Assembly (NCBI RefSeq): GCF_009834535.1
Contig: NC_045697.1
Span: 53,260,001 to 53,324,000 of the forward strand
Length of the DNA stretch: 64,000 nt
From: Camelus ferus
Taxonomy: Eukaryota
Direction: 5' to 3'
Positions 48,801 through 61,105 of this stretch are shown here, piece after piece (positions within the stretch are counted from its first letter, which is position 1; every line of letters starts with the position of its first letter). The notes under the pieces were generated by a model. That model saw only the letters and a program-made list of their open reading frames with translations, was not told where the DNA came from and did no database searches. The position numbers and the translations under genes were made by a program.

Positions 48801-51800
48801 ACTTGGGGGTGGGAGGAAGGGGAGATCCCCACGAGGAGGAGGAGGAAGAGGGCGGGGCAACCAAGAAGGTGTGGGAAAGTTGGGAATGCGGTAGAAGGGG
48901 GCTCCAAAAGCAGTGAAAATCCAGGGATTTGGGAGTATCCGTGTATCAGGGTCACGATTCCTAGGGTAACTGGGGAAATTATTCCCCGGAGGATTGCTGG
49001 GCGGGGCGAAGTCAGTCTCTGGCAGGGGATAAGGAATATTCAGAGATGGGTTAATTGGGTAACGACTGCCAAAATTGCCACTGTAATCCTAGAGAAGAAC
49101 AAACAAGTCAAAGGTGACGACCTCTATCCTAGCCATACATTACTTATGGTATGACTGTGATGATGTACAATGAGAGAGGATTTTTTTTTTTTAAGAATTC
49201 CAATTTAGGCTCATTCTCATAGCTAGTGTGCTTGCATAATTTTTAAACTAGGAGCTAATAATATATTAAGAAAACTGAATAAACCTCAATTTAGAGGGAA
49301 ATATTTTGTGTGTAGTCAAGTCGGAGTGTTATCAACTGCACAATATGCCAGCCACAGACAGGACAAAAATAGAAGAGAAGAATATGGACAGTACAGGGTG
49401 AGCACTTCCATGCCTCCTCCTCTGCACTGCCGGCCTAGCCTGAGGCCCTCAGGACCCTCAGGGCTTCTCAAGTGCCAGTGGAAGCACTCACTTAGCTCTG
49501 CCTCCTCCAGCTGTCCTTCCCAGCTCCTCCCACCCTTCCTCAAAGCTTCTACTCCTTCTAGGCCAGGCAGCTTCAATTGTTATTAAGAAGGAAAGCAGGC
49601 TGGATGTTAATGATGGCTACTAGATGTTTTTTTTTTTTCTTTCCAATTGAGTTACAATTGGCAATAGTTAGTAACACTCTATTGTGTGCTTGAAAGTTGC
49701 GAAGAGGGATCTTAAATGTTTTCATCACAAGATAAAAATTGTAACTGTATGTGGTGATGGATGTTAACTAATTGTGATGATCATTTCACAACATACACTA
49801 CTGGCTTTTCACATTTAATTCTCCCTGTAGTATTTGTGTTTAAATGAGGAAATTATTAATGTTACTAATGCATTTACTGTTACATCTGGCATTGTTTTTT
49901 TGGTAGAAAGACCTCCTCATTTTCCTTTAATTGCTTTAGGTCTGTCTCCTACATGTATGTAAAACTGTCAGGGTGCTCCAAGGTCACAACCTTATGTAAG
50001 AATTTATAGAAAATTAAGACATTTCTTGGTCTCACATACATAAAGTTTTATTTCCTACCATAAATTTGTCAGTTTTATAAGCACATTTGTTGTGTATTTC
50101 TTTATATATCATGACTCTAGATTCTTTGATTCATTGCATAGCCCAATTATAATTCAAGAAATTAAATATTCATATAACATAAACCTAGTTTTAAAATCTA
50201 ATAAATATTTAACATTTCTTATCATATGTTTATTTTATGTAACTAGTTGATGGAGTAATTTTCTTTCCATGTATTCGAAGTTAACTTGTCAATAAAAGGC
50301 ACTATTTATAAACATAGACCCAGTTTTCATATTTGTTGGAAAATACTGTCTTCTTTATCAACAATACATTTCTATGATATAAAACTTTATTTATATAATT
50401 TTTATTTAAAAGTGTTTACCTAGTGAGTAGGCAATGAAATTGGGTAGGATATCAGTATGAATAAAAAATTGCAGAATGTATAAATATAAATATGTTAATA
50501 CTTATAGATCCATTTTTAAATGAGACCATCATAGCAAGAAAAGAGAACATGTTCTGAAATTACTTTCTTAACTTTTCTAGGAAAAACATAATGATACTGA
50601 CTGAAAAATTGTGCTCTACACTGGAAATTGACACAACATTGTAAACTGACTATAACTCAATAAAGAAAAACAAACATAATACTGAATGATTTAACATTAT
50701 TAGATAGAAAATGCTATTTAAAAATTAATATAAAATATACTTCTATATCTTAACATATAAACAAATCTAGATATATTTTACCTCTTCACTCGATGAGGCA
50801 AAATTCTAAAACAACAAAGAAAACAAAGTAAGTTTAAACTTCAGGCTCTTGAAAAAAAATCTTTGTTTAGATTTCTGCTTGCTTTCAGAGTGACTCTAAC
50901 TGACAAAACTCTCTGAGTAACTTGGAATTTTCTTTCTTAAGCAACAGAGCTGTTTGCCTTGTTTTCCTGGGACTATGTAGACTCAGTCTTGGTATTACCA
51001 ATACCTTCTTACAAAGTAGATGAGCAATGGCCAATCCTAATGTCCTACTGGTTCTAGTGTTTCTACACTGTCTTTAAATTGCCTTATTCATATCTATTTA
51101 TAAACGCTCATGTACACGGAACCAAATGTTCTGATTTAATTGTGTGGCTAGCAACTTATTTACACTAAATTCTTACATTAGGTCATCATCTGTATTTATC
51201 ACAAAACCCCAGGAACTAAATAAGTCTTTGTAACATAACTTCTCAACGAATGTAGATTGTTCCTCAGTGGCTTTGGGATATTTTAAGTTTTTCTTGATGG
51301 ATATTCAAGGAATTTTTTAAAAGGGTATAAAATGAATGCCTACTATGTACTGTCATGTACCAGCTAGATCTTAGGTACTGGAGAGAACAGATAAGGTTTC
51401 TTTACTCATGTCTGAGTTGCTACATCTCCCAGTTGGTCAAGCTTCTTTATTAAAATTTAAAATTGTGTATAATGTTTCTTTCCAACTTTAGTTTGGTTTC
51501 CTGAATTAACAAGTTAAAATCATACCTGAAGGTATGATGCGTGCTACATAAGTGATAGATGCTCCATAATGTTCACAGAGACAAATACCAGTGATGCATA
51601 TTGTGAGTATAGAGCCCTAGATTCTTATGATTAAAATCTCAACTCTTTTTAAAAAATTTATTCAATTTATTTTTTTAATTTTATTTTTGTTGATGGAGGT
51701 ACTGAGAATTGAACCCAGGACCTCAGGCACATGCTCTACCACTGAGCTATACCCTCTCCCCAAATCTTAACTCTTATGAGAAATTCAAAGTAGTATCTCA

Positions 51801-53873
51801 TACTATTTTCATTTTTTAAATTATTTTCACAGCCTTTATACTCCACCATATATCTAATAGTATTTGTTTAAAAACGTGCACGTTCAGATTCTGCCTTTCT
51901 TTGCTAGATTGTTATGTTTATCTACCACATGCTTGTGTATAGATACCAGTATCAATTTTTTAGCACACTCCTGTCATCAAAATTTGAGGCAGAAGTGACG
52001 AAAAACTAAACAAAACAAAACAAAACAAAAAACTAATATCAGTCAGCTGATGAATGTTCTGGTCTCCTACATAGGGATGATTTGTGAATATTCACAGCAC
52101 AGAAATCATCTAACAGCTTGGGACACATTCCTCCTGCTAGTAGTGCCTAGACATGTTTTCTTCTGCTCTACTCTTTCATACAGGCAAAGCCTTCCTGGAT
52201 TCATCACTTAGTTTGTTGAAGTAAGCTTAGGATAACATTGTCATAAAATTTTACAGAAGCGTGAGGAGGAATCCTGGGCGTAGCAAAAATTTTGTCACAC
52301 TACAAAGGGAGTACACTTAATGCTTCTAGTCACTGAAAAGAAATAATGAACTTATGGTAAATATGTTAAATGCAAATAGATTTATACTACATAAACATTT
52401 TTCTATAAAATAAGAGATTAATAGCACTAATATTTCAACAGTAAAAGTAGTCACCAAATTGCTTTGTAAAAAAATCAGTTTTAAAATATAAAATATACTT
52501 TAAAAACAAATACATTTATACATAAATGAAAAAAAGTTTTACCTCATCAAAGAAGTAGAAACGCTTCTAAAACAAACAAACAAAAATTCACTATGGTTAG
52601 TTATTTGAAAACATCTGTACCTAGATTTTATATTACTGAAGAATTTGTATAATCTTATTATTAGTATAGTTAATTTACTTTTGAAATATAAATCACTAGT
52701 ATAAATTATTTATTATCATTTTCATCATTATATACTTTTGACATAGACAGTTGTCCCAGGAAGTTCTACATTGGCTGATAGACTTTGGATTGTAATTTCC
52801 TAGATGTACATAAATCTTACCATCTGAAAGATCATTCAGTCCTATTCACACATCTGGTCTTGCAGATGTGTTTGTTCTGTTACCTCTTAGATTTTGTTTG
52901 CAGTCTGTGTATGTGGGTGGGGGGTATTTGTGGTTTGTAGCCACCTCCTTACCCAGTTGCAGGACTATATATCCACTTGTTCTCCAGTTAAGCTTCAATA
53001 TCTTTTATACATTCCTCTCAGATTAAAGAACACAGCATGAGATAAGGATGACAAAATAGTGTAGGAAATTCATCATTTACTGTTTTAAGAATTAGAGTTT
53101 AATCCAGGTGATTTTAAGAGATTTAGAAGTATCTTGAAATTTTCACAGTATGATAATAATTAGTAATATCAGATAATAAAGTTAATAATATCAAGTAGCA
53201 TTTGAATTCCTACTATAGCCTAGTTAGTCTGCTAAGCACTTTACATAATTATTTAATCCTCAAAGTCATTCTATGGGGTAGATATCAGAATTTTCTCCTT
53301 TTTACAAAAGAGGATATTTAGCACACTCACTGGCTAGGATTAAGAATTTTCCATCAGCTGTTTCTTACATTAGAGGCTCTTCTATTTACACTACATTGAT
53401 GGTCATTATGTCCATTTACTTTAATTCCATCAAGTACTCTTTGTGACTCTACAGAAATACCTCCAGCTGGGACTTTGCTGTCAGAAAAAGTCTAATCCAG
53501 TCTTCTATAATTTGAAGACAAAGACCGTTATGGTCATCTACATGAAATTCTGGTTCCCTATAATTATATCCTTCTCTGCCCACTGCATTTCTGAAATCAC
53601 CTCTTTTCTTCGTTGTCAATCCACTTTTGGATCACACAACTTTATCATTTTGATTTTTAAAATTTCTTTTGAAAAGTTTGGCACCACAAACCCCGTGCCC
53701 ATTAACACATCTCTCTGCTGCATCATTATCAACACTATGACAACTTCTATCATGAACATGGATCCCTGGCTACAATTATTTGATGATTCTACTCTTGCTG
53801 CCATTTGAAAAGTCCATCTACTCACCCTTGCAAAAGCAACGGACACGATGCAGGCCCAAAGTAGAAGCTTCAT
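45829..53873 (-). CDS. PRR27: Proline-rich protein 27 (C4orf40), complete spliced CDS (594 nt, 197 aa with both 24-nt exons)
   Basis: Exons 53826-53873 (MKLLLWACIVSVAFAR), 52543-52566 (KRFYFFDE), 50782-50805 (NFASSSEE), 48603-49088 (DYSGNFGSRYPINPSLNIPY...SALDQ) and 45829-45840 (VKK*). All are phase 0 with GT-AG. The signal peptide and PSLNIPY match PRR27, and the CSN1S2-PRR27-ODAM synteny fits. Confidence 0.93.
46920..47607 (+). mobile_element. L1 3' end with internal (TA)/(CA) microsatellite (47020-47165)
   Basis: gcagcattatttacaatag...ataaatcaactctatctcaataaaaataaata. Confidence 0.85.
48040..48505 (+). mobile_element. Old L1M 3' fragment
   Basis: aaatgtccatcaataaatgaatgg...gaagccagacacaaaagagtata. 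Confidence 0.65.
48603..49088 (-). CDS. PRR27: PRR27 long proline-rich exon (162 aa)
   Basis: ctctag acceptor, open frame continuous with ORF 48510..48860, CAG|gtgggt donor. Confidence 0.95.
50598..50671 (+). mobile_element. Very short L1 3'-terminal insertion
   Basis: tgtgctctacactggaaattgacacaacattgtaaactgactataactcaataaa, flanked by aaacataat(gat)actga repeats. Confidence 0.7.
50782..50805 (-). CDS. PRR27: PRR27 24-nt exon NFASSSEE (casein-type phosphoserine cluster)
   Basis: gttgttttag acceptor, GAG|gtaaaa donor, in frame, no stop. Confidence 0.8.
51648..51761 (-). mobile_element. Camelid tRNA-derived SINE with TSD
   Basis: Same family as 13900-14085; TSD aaatct(c/t)aactctt at 51634-51647 and 51762-51775. 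Confidence 0.88.
52543..52566 (-). CDS. PRR27: PRR27 24-nt exon KRFYFFDE
   Basis: gttttag acceptor, GAG|gtaaaa donor; resembles human KRRFPFIGE. Confidence 0.88.
53826..53873 (-). CDS. PRR27: PRR27 signal-peptide exon (exon 53826-53884)
   Basis: MKLLLWACIVSVAFAR, AGG|gtgagt donor. Confidence 0.95.
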
Positions 53874-55669
53874 TTTGATCGACCCTATGAACATGAATAT
53901 GTAAATGGGTTGCTTCAGAAAATATGCAATATATTTAGTATATCTCTTCTTGAGAGGGACGAAAGAATATATGGCTTTATTTGTCTGACAAGGAAGACCC
54001 TTCACAGAAAATTTGGTCCCGCTATTTAACTACTTTCAGCATTACCTCACAGGATGACACTACCGCCAGAATGATCTTTTCTTGGCAGATGTCCTTCCAC
54101 AATGAATTGGCTTCTGGCTAAACTTCTTTAAGTGGAAGCCACCTCAATTTACTTACCTTGGGATACATTTTGCTATTAATTTGTCTTGGAAGGCTTACAG
54201 GAAATAAAATTGCTTAAAAGTAGCCATAATATGGGCACTTTATTGAGATTTTTCTTTTTATAGATTCACTGGGTGATTAGTATCACCTCCTTGGAAAAAT
54301 GTCCAGTCCTACAGTTGTTGCCACCATGTGCTCTGGCATAAACCTTTGGGCTCTTGATCATCAGTTTTTCCCTCTATCTCTGAAAAATAGTGGGGCGGCT
54401 GTATATTCAAGTGTGTATCTTGATTAGGCTCAGTTTTCTTCAGATAATGTAAAACCAATTTCTAGTTGGTTGATTATTAAACTCCATGGCTTCTTTCTTC
54501 TTAAAAACATAAATTATTTACACTCTTAACAAAAAATGTATATATAGTGCATTTATTACAGCATTATTTAGTATCTCAAAATATGAAAAAAATATACATG
54601 GCCAATAAGAATATCAGTTTCAAGATCTATTGCTAAATGAGTACTCAAATATTAAATATACCTAAAGTATTTAATGGTTTATTTATAATTAGTTGATGAC
54701 TTATTTTTAGAATAATTATTTCTGTAATTTCATTTTATCTTCTGTAGTCTGTAAATTTTTTTTGTATGAAGTGAGATTATATTCCTTGTATGCTAACTAT
54801 ATTCTAATAACCTTGAAGAATTTTCAAGTTTTTTGATGAGACTCTAATGTTTACCTGCCTAATTCTTAGCAAAATCTAGGCTGGAAAAATTATATCCATG
54901 GAGAAAGCCCTGGAAGTTTTCAAAATACATTTTTTATATTGGACCATCTGCTTACCTGTTCAACATGACTTTGGCCACATATTTAATAGTCTTTGCTATA
55001 ATGTTTCTTGGCATTGTACACCTTTTTTGGAGACATAAGTTAAGATAAAGACCAACAGGATTATTATTATTGTCTGTAAGTTATAAAGACATACAGGACA
55101 CAAATCTGTGCCTCGTTCTGCTCTCTATGAGCAGCCCTGGAGAAGTTCCTTGACAGGTCCCAGTACTTAGGCTTCTCTTGAACTATTGGTATATTTTCAT
55201 GTCTTAGATACACTGATATTCTTGGTTTTGTGTTTATTTTTGTTCTGTGCCTACCAGGAACTTCAGAGTCAAATATCTTGTGTATTTTCAGAGCTCCATA
55301 GGACATTGTGGCATCTCATTTTGGGGTGCTTACATCATCTCTGGCTTTATCTTATTTCCTCTAGTCTTATTTTCCCTTCATCAGAACATTTAAAACTTTT
55401 TAAAGAATCCTGTTTTACCTATTTTGCAAGCTGTTTTAAGTCCCTTTAGAATGGATCATATTATATACAAATAGAAAAAGGAAAAAAGTAACCAATCTAA
55501 TGAATCTTTCTAAAATTGTTTTCAGTACCAAAATTTCTGTTATATTTTAACATTTTTGTAAAAAATTAAAGTATTTAATTAGTGAAACAAAAATATCATG
55601 AATTTATACCTAAAGAAGATAATGTTTTATTCCTCAGTATAGTTCAGTTATTTTTAAAGTAACCTATAC

Positions 55670-55750
55670 CTTATTGTAGAGCTGTAGAGATTAACAATGC
55701 AAAGTTAATTGATGTGCCGGTCTTCCCTCTAAGTCTTCCCATTTATCCCT
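55670..55750 (-). promoter_or_regulatory. PRR27: Candidate PRR27 non-coding exon 1 (~55670-55715) with GATAAAT box at 55741-55747
   Basis: AAG|gtatag donor ~70 nt downstream of a TATA-like box; an alternative donor exists at 54955. Confidence 0.4.
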
Positions 55751-57529
55751 TTCTGGGTTTTTGAAACAGGAGGACTTGTTTGGCTGAAGCCAGTTTTTAA
55801 AGACAAATTATATGGCAGTAGTCTAATTTACCATATTAATAATTGTCACATTGCCTAATAATTATCTAATAATTGACGTATTGTATGGTAGTTGAATAAT
55901 TTAGAAGAATCTCTCCCTTACCCCACTATTATTGTGGGAACCTATCAACTTGGTCATATATTATGGCCAAAATATAAATATAGATAAAAGAAACTGTGAG
56001 AAAATGCACATTCACCTTTTTTTGACATGCTTTAAAAGAAATTCTACATAAATAGTTTAAATAACATCAGCTTAAATTATTATTATATGATAGATAATCC
56101 AATATACATATTTTAATTTAAATTTGACTTCTGTTTTAATATGACAACTTAATTTAAGGAAGCTCTAATGCTTTAGCAATTCTATTAAAGAGAAATAGGT
56201 ATTTCTTCTTCATAAAGAATGTAAAAATAAATTTTTTATGCCTGTCAGAATGATAAACAGCTAATGAAGGATAATAAAATTATAATTTTAGTCTTTAAAA
56301 CAATCATTTCAGAAATGGAAAAACCCCAGATTTATCAGCATTTAAAAATCTTTTCTCCAGTGTATCAGTGTCTCAGTTTATCTACCCATATATCACTTGG
56401 AATATAGTACTTTAGAATGCTCCATAAGGAACAAAACATTTATAATGCTTTTTCTTTTTCCTTTTCCTCAGATTTTTCCCCCCTCAAATAGCTTTTAATT
56501 GAGAGGAGCTTACTTGACCCCACTGTTTAGTTCTTTAGAAGAACATGAGAATTCTTGAGTAGAACAAACCCATCCTTCTAGGGTTTATGTGAACTTTTGA
56601 GTCCAGAGTGAACCTACAGAAAAAAATCCCTTTGATAAATCTCCTCTCATGAAGTCTTAAGTGAGAATTCAGGTGTGTGGGAATTATATTTACACAACAC
56701 CCCACTTTACCAACCTCTCCAAGCCAGGAGAGAATGTAAATATGCCAACCATTTATATGCCAACCACTCTGTTCAAGTTCATCTAGCTGAGACCCATTAG
56801 AGAATCTTTTAAAAATAAGAGCAATTTAATGTGGTGGGAGAAAACAAAAGATACCTTGTTTCCAGTATGCAAACTAATGGCTGTAGATCCTGGTCTTACT
56901 CTGGACAATGTGCCTCACTCCCTTTCCTCCAGGGGTATTTATAACAAGTACTTAAATTAATGTTTCTTCTTTGTTTTGAAATAAATCAGCATTAAATCTG
57001 GAAAAATAGAAACCTATCAATTTGGCTGACTTGGCTGTAAATTACTTTCCTCATTTCAGAGAACCATAAAAACAGGGAAGTTCCCTTACAATATGACAGT
57101 AAAAGTCAAACCTGGAAACTACATTTAACTTAATTCCCAAATACACTTTGTGAATGTTCATTACTTGACTGAATTTTGGCATCAGTTAGTACGTGCAATA
57201 AAGGAATCTTATGCTTTATTTCATTTTATGTTAAGCGTGGAAAAGATTGGAAACCATAAATATTTTTAAAAATAACACTGTGGTGTCTCTTCCTATACTA
57301 GTGTTATAAATATCAATTACCTACTATGGTTAAAGATGAAAAACAGGAAGAGCCCTTCCATCGTGTCAATTTATTGCTGACAATCCAATATCTCCAGTTA
57401 TATGTAAGATCAAGTAAGAAATGATGATAATGACTATCACTGTTTGGCAGTGCCCAAGTCAGAGTGATGTGAAGGGATTTTGTCTGATGCCCTCTTAAAT
57501 TATGATAGTGGCTGTGGTGTTTGTTCCGG

Positions 57530-58015
57530 GTGAGAGAACCCCCTCTCCCGAGTGTGCAGTGTTCTCTCTGTGGAATCAGTTAATACAAACCCCACACTAA
57601 AGGCCTCATAGAAGAAAAAGAGTGCTCATATACAAGTATAAATATATTTACTTCATCATACACTGAACAATAACATGTGTCTGGCCTTTAGTAAAAAAAT
57701 TATAAGATATACAGAAAATCAAGAAAAAAATCTGAAGATAAAAAAAGCAATCATCAGAACCAGAGCCAGTTGTTACACAGATATTGGGGTTCTCAAACAG
57801 AGAATTAAAATAATTTAAATTAATAGATAGAAGATTCTAATGGTAAGATAAACTGATGCAAGATCATAGGGGTAGTTTTCAGCACAGAGATGGAAACTGT
57901 AAGGAAGAAATGAAAATGCTAGAAATCAAAATTTTACTAAGAACAGAGAAACAATGTATTTGATTGGCTCATTGGTAGACTCAGCCCAGGAAAGAATCAG
58001 AGAACTTGAAGATGT
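57530..58015 (+). mobile_element. Old L1 5'/ORF1 fragment
   Basis: A-rich; cagagatggaaactgtaagg...gaaagaatcagagaacttgaaga ORF1-like motifs. Confidence 0.55.
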
Positions 58016-60814
58016 GTTTCCTTCCCTCCTTCACTTAGTTATTATAATAATGATTATTAAGTACTATTATAGACGCTAGAGACTATGAGAACTGCAGCCC
58101 ATTAAATAAAAAGTAATCTGGGACATATTAAATAATTAAAAGTTAAATTAAAATCAGACCTTTGGAATATAAAGCTTTGAAGGCGTTACCTTTTTGTGAA
58201 TGAAGCCATTGGAAAGCTGCCTTAACTGACCCTCTATTTTAGACTATTACACTAGAAATGGGTATTACTGAGTCCACTATTGTATGACTCAACAAAACAG
58301 GAAATCTGTGGATTATGTTTGACTGTATAAATACAAGAGCACCCTTCTTCTGTTTTATAGTCTCAAACTCCACAAACAGGAGGTGATTTTAGAATACTAG
58401 TAGACCAGAACACATCCTGCTGTTTTCTAATAATGGAAATAGGATACCTTTTCTTTGTCATTGACTGCTACACTTTTGGATATGTCGGGGTGTTTAATTT
58501 ACAAGAGAAATACTCAACAAAGATATGCTACTAACTATAGTTGTACATATACAACCCATAGCCAGATTTTTGTAATGTGTTTTCCTACTTTAGTATGTTT
58601 TAAATCTCTTTCGATTACAGGAAACTCTTTAGCTATCTGGCCATACCAGTAATATAAACTTAAACCTGGAGAGTCTTCGACAAATCCTTGAAGATCATTT
58701 ACTGATTGCAAAAAGGAGCTATGATAAATGCTAAGCTCCAGTTTAATTTATGGTAAAATATTAGGTCTGAAATTTATGTAATATGTGGAATTCATTCGAA
58801 TGTCAGATAATGTTTTGGCTACTGGGGACTCAAGTGAAGCTCTGCTTACACATTGACCCTCGTGTTGCTTACATTTCAATTTGGGAAGCCAGTATATATG
58901 TAGAGAGATTTAGAAGTAAATTGGGTATATCTGTCTAATTTGGGGGTCAGCATTTTACACCTGATGTTATCTAGAGAATTAGGAACTGATTTTAATGAGC
59001 TGATTGTAGGTGGCAATTAAAATGGCTAAAATGGATAAGATCATTCAGGAAAAAATATGTACAATTTTAAAAGAAGTGGCTGAGGTCAGAGCCCTAGAGA
59101 ACATTGGTGTTTGTGTAGGAGAAAGAGAAGTATTTCTGCAAAATACCTACAAAGAATAACTAAAGAAAGAGAATTATAAGAATTATCAGGAAATAAATAT
59201 TAATCAATAGGTTCAATAGAATGATGCCCCTGGGGGCAACTTATTCTTTTTTGACTACAATTTTCTCATCTGCCAGGTATAATATTGATACGTATTTGTA
59301 ATATAAAAGTAGTATTAATACTTGTAAGGATGAAGCAAATATATAAATTACCCTGCACATAGCTGTTAAATTAGTTTTAGATATTATAATCATCATCATT
59401 ACTTTGCCCTAATGAACGTCATTGGAAAGGATAGATTATAAAGGTAATTTTAAAAAGCACTAAAAGAGCTGTTAGCTTTGAACTAAAGATCACCTTACCC
59501 CTTGAGACTTGAAGGAGACAGTTAAAGCTAGTTCAGATTTAGATTGAGTTACTGAGGTGTCATTCTAGGGAGGTGGTTAGTGGTTAGGCTTGATGGACAA
59601 TCTTTGTCAATAAAGTAGAAAGGCAAATTTTTTTTCTAGTGACATAATTGAAAGTTTAGGGAGACTTGAGAAAGGCAGCTAACTCTAATGCCTACAAGAC
59701 AAAATTGGATAAGCAGTCTTTGGTGACTAACAATGTTCAGAAAACAAACTTACTTTAACATTCAGCTGCTTGCATGGAGTGGTAGTAGAAATTTAGTTCA
59801 TGGTTGGGTGTTTTCCAGTAGGACAAGGGCAGAGGGGCAGAAGGGTTCCATGAGTTTCCAAGATGATATTTAAAATAAGAAAGGATGAAGTCTGAGCTGT
59901 GTAAGAAAGGAAGTGAAGCTAACAGGAAATGGAGAGAATGGAATATAATCAGAGTGCTAAGGGATGAATGTTCTACGAAGACAAAGAAAAATTCTCTTAG
60001 CTTCTTCCTGTTCCACCCTTTCAAAGTATATGGCATATGTTACCTCCTTCTGACAAACCCTTCAGTATTCAGCCTGAATAAGAAAGGAAGTGAGGCAAAG
60101 AGGGCTTGGATGGAATGGAATACAATGAGAGGGTTAAAGAGATTGCAGTCTTCTACGAAATCAAAGAAGTCTCCAATTTTTAAATCTTTTCATCAACGGT
60201 ACATATCATATAATGTCACTCCCCTGTGAAAACTCCTCCATTGCCTTTCCATCACAGGCAAATGCTTAACACAACTTTCTAAGCTCAAATCACTTTCATC
60301 TTTATACCTTCCTCCTTGATCTACTTTCTTTAACTTTTCCTGTCCCTCTGTCTTCTCTGGACATGTCATCCCTCCAGAGTTTTCCCTTACATCCCATGCA
60401 TAAACCCACTTATTTGCTTTTGCTGTTTCCCCATGTGTTGATCTCATTAATGGGGGCCTTGGAAAGTTTATGTTCTCAATGTCTGCCTCTAGTGTAACAA
60501 TGTGAACTGGGAGGAGGACTGAGGGCTCTGGTGAAGGTTTGGGATTAATGCTGTGGCAAATTATAAACACAAATAAATTTAAAAAATGGTAGCACATTGG
60601 CCAAATAGTACTGTGGCCCTAGCTGTGGTTGGAGAATGTAATTTGTAACGTCCAAGGTTAGCCATTGTGAGAAGTAAAACTGAAGTACCGAGAAACTATA
60701 CAGTTATTTCTCTGGTAGCCAAGCTGGTTTAAAGTAATTGTTAAAGGACTGTTTATATTATCATCAGTAGCCTCGTGGGCCCGTATGAACGATAAAAATG
60801 ACAATTATGCACCA

Positions 60815-61105
60815 ATGAATGCATTTGAAATTTTATTTTCATGGAAAAAGAAATGTAGTTCTATAACTCAAAGAGTAGTGAAAACATTTTCAATAATCAT
60901 CAGCTAAGTTCGTATATAACCACAATACAGACCCAGTATACTCAACATGAACTAACGGGATGGTATAAATACTTCAGGAAATATTCTGCACAGTCTTCCT
61001 TTTCCTCAATATTTCTATCTTATTAATGGGTCTCTCTAAACATGCCGGTAGGATGAAGTAAAGTGGTAGATAAGAAACTGCAGAAGATAGATTTTCCAGT
61101 TGAGC
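60815..61105 (-). other. CSN1S2: CSN1S2 terminal 3'UTR exon, AATAAA at 60832-60837
   Basis: ttttcttcttag acceptor, then ...CTGGAAAATCTATCTTC...CTACCACTTTACTTCATCC as in the alphaS2-casein 3'UTR. Confidence 0.85.

Noticed and set aside
48543..48955. Plus-strand and alternative-frame Gly-rich ORFs (73, 73, 72 aa)
   Set aside because: Antisense or out-of-frame shadows of the PRR27 proline-rich exon.
53443..54005. 121-aa and 129-aa ORFs
   Set aside because: Only the 16-codon PRR27 signal exon inside the minus ORF is real; the rest is intronic readthrough.
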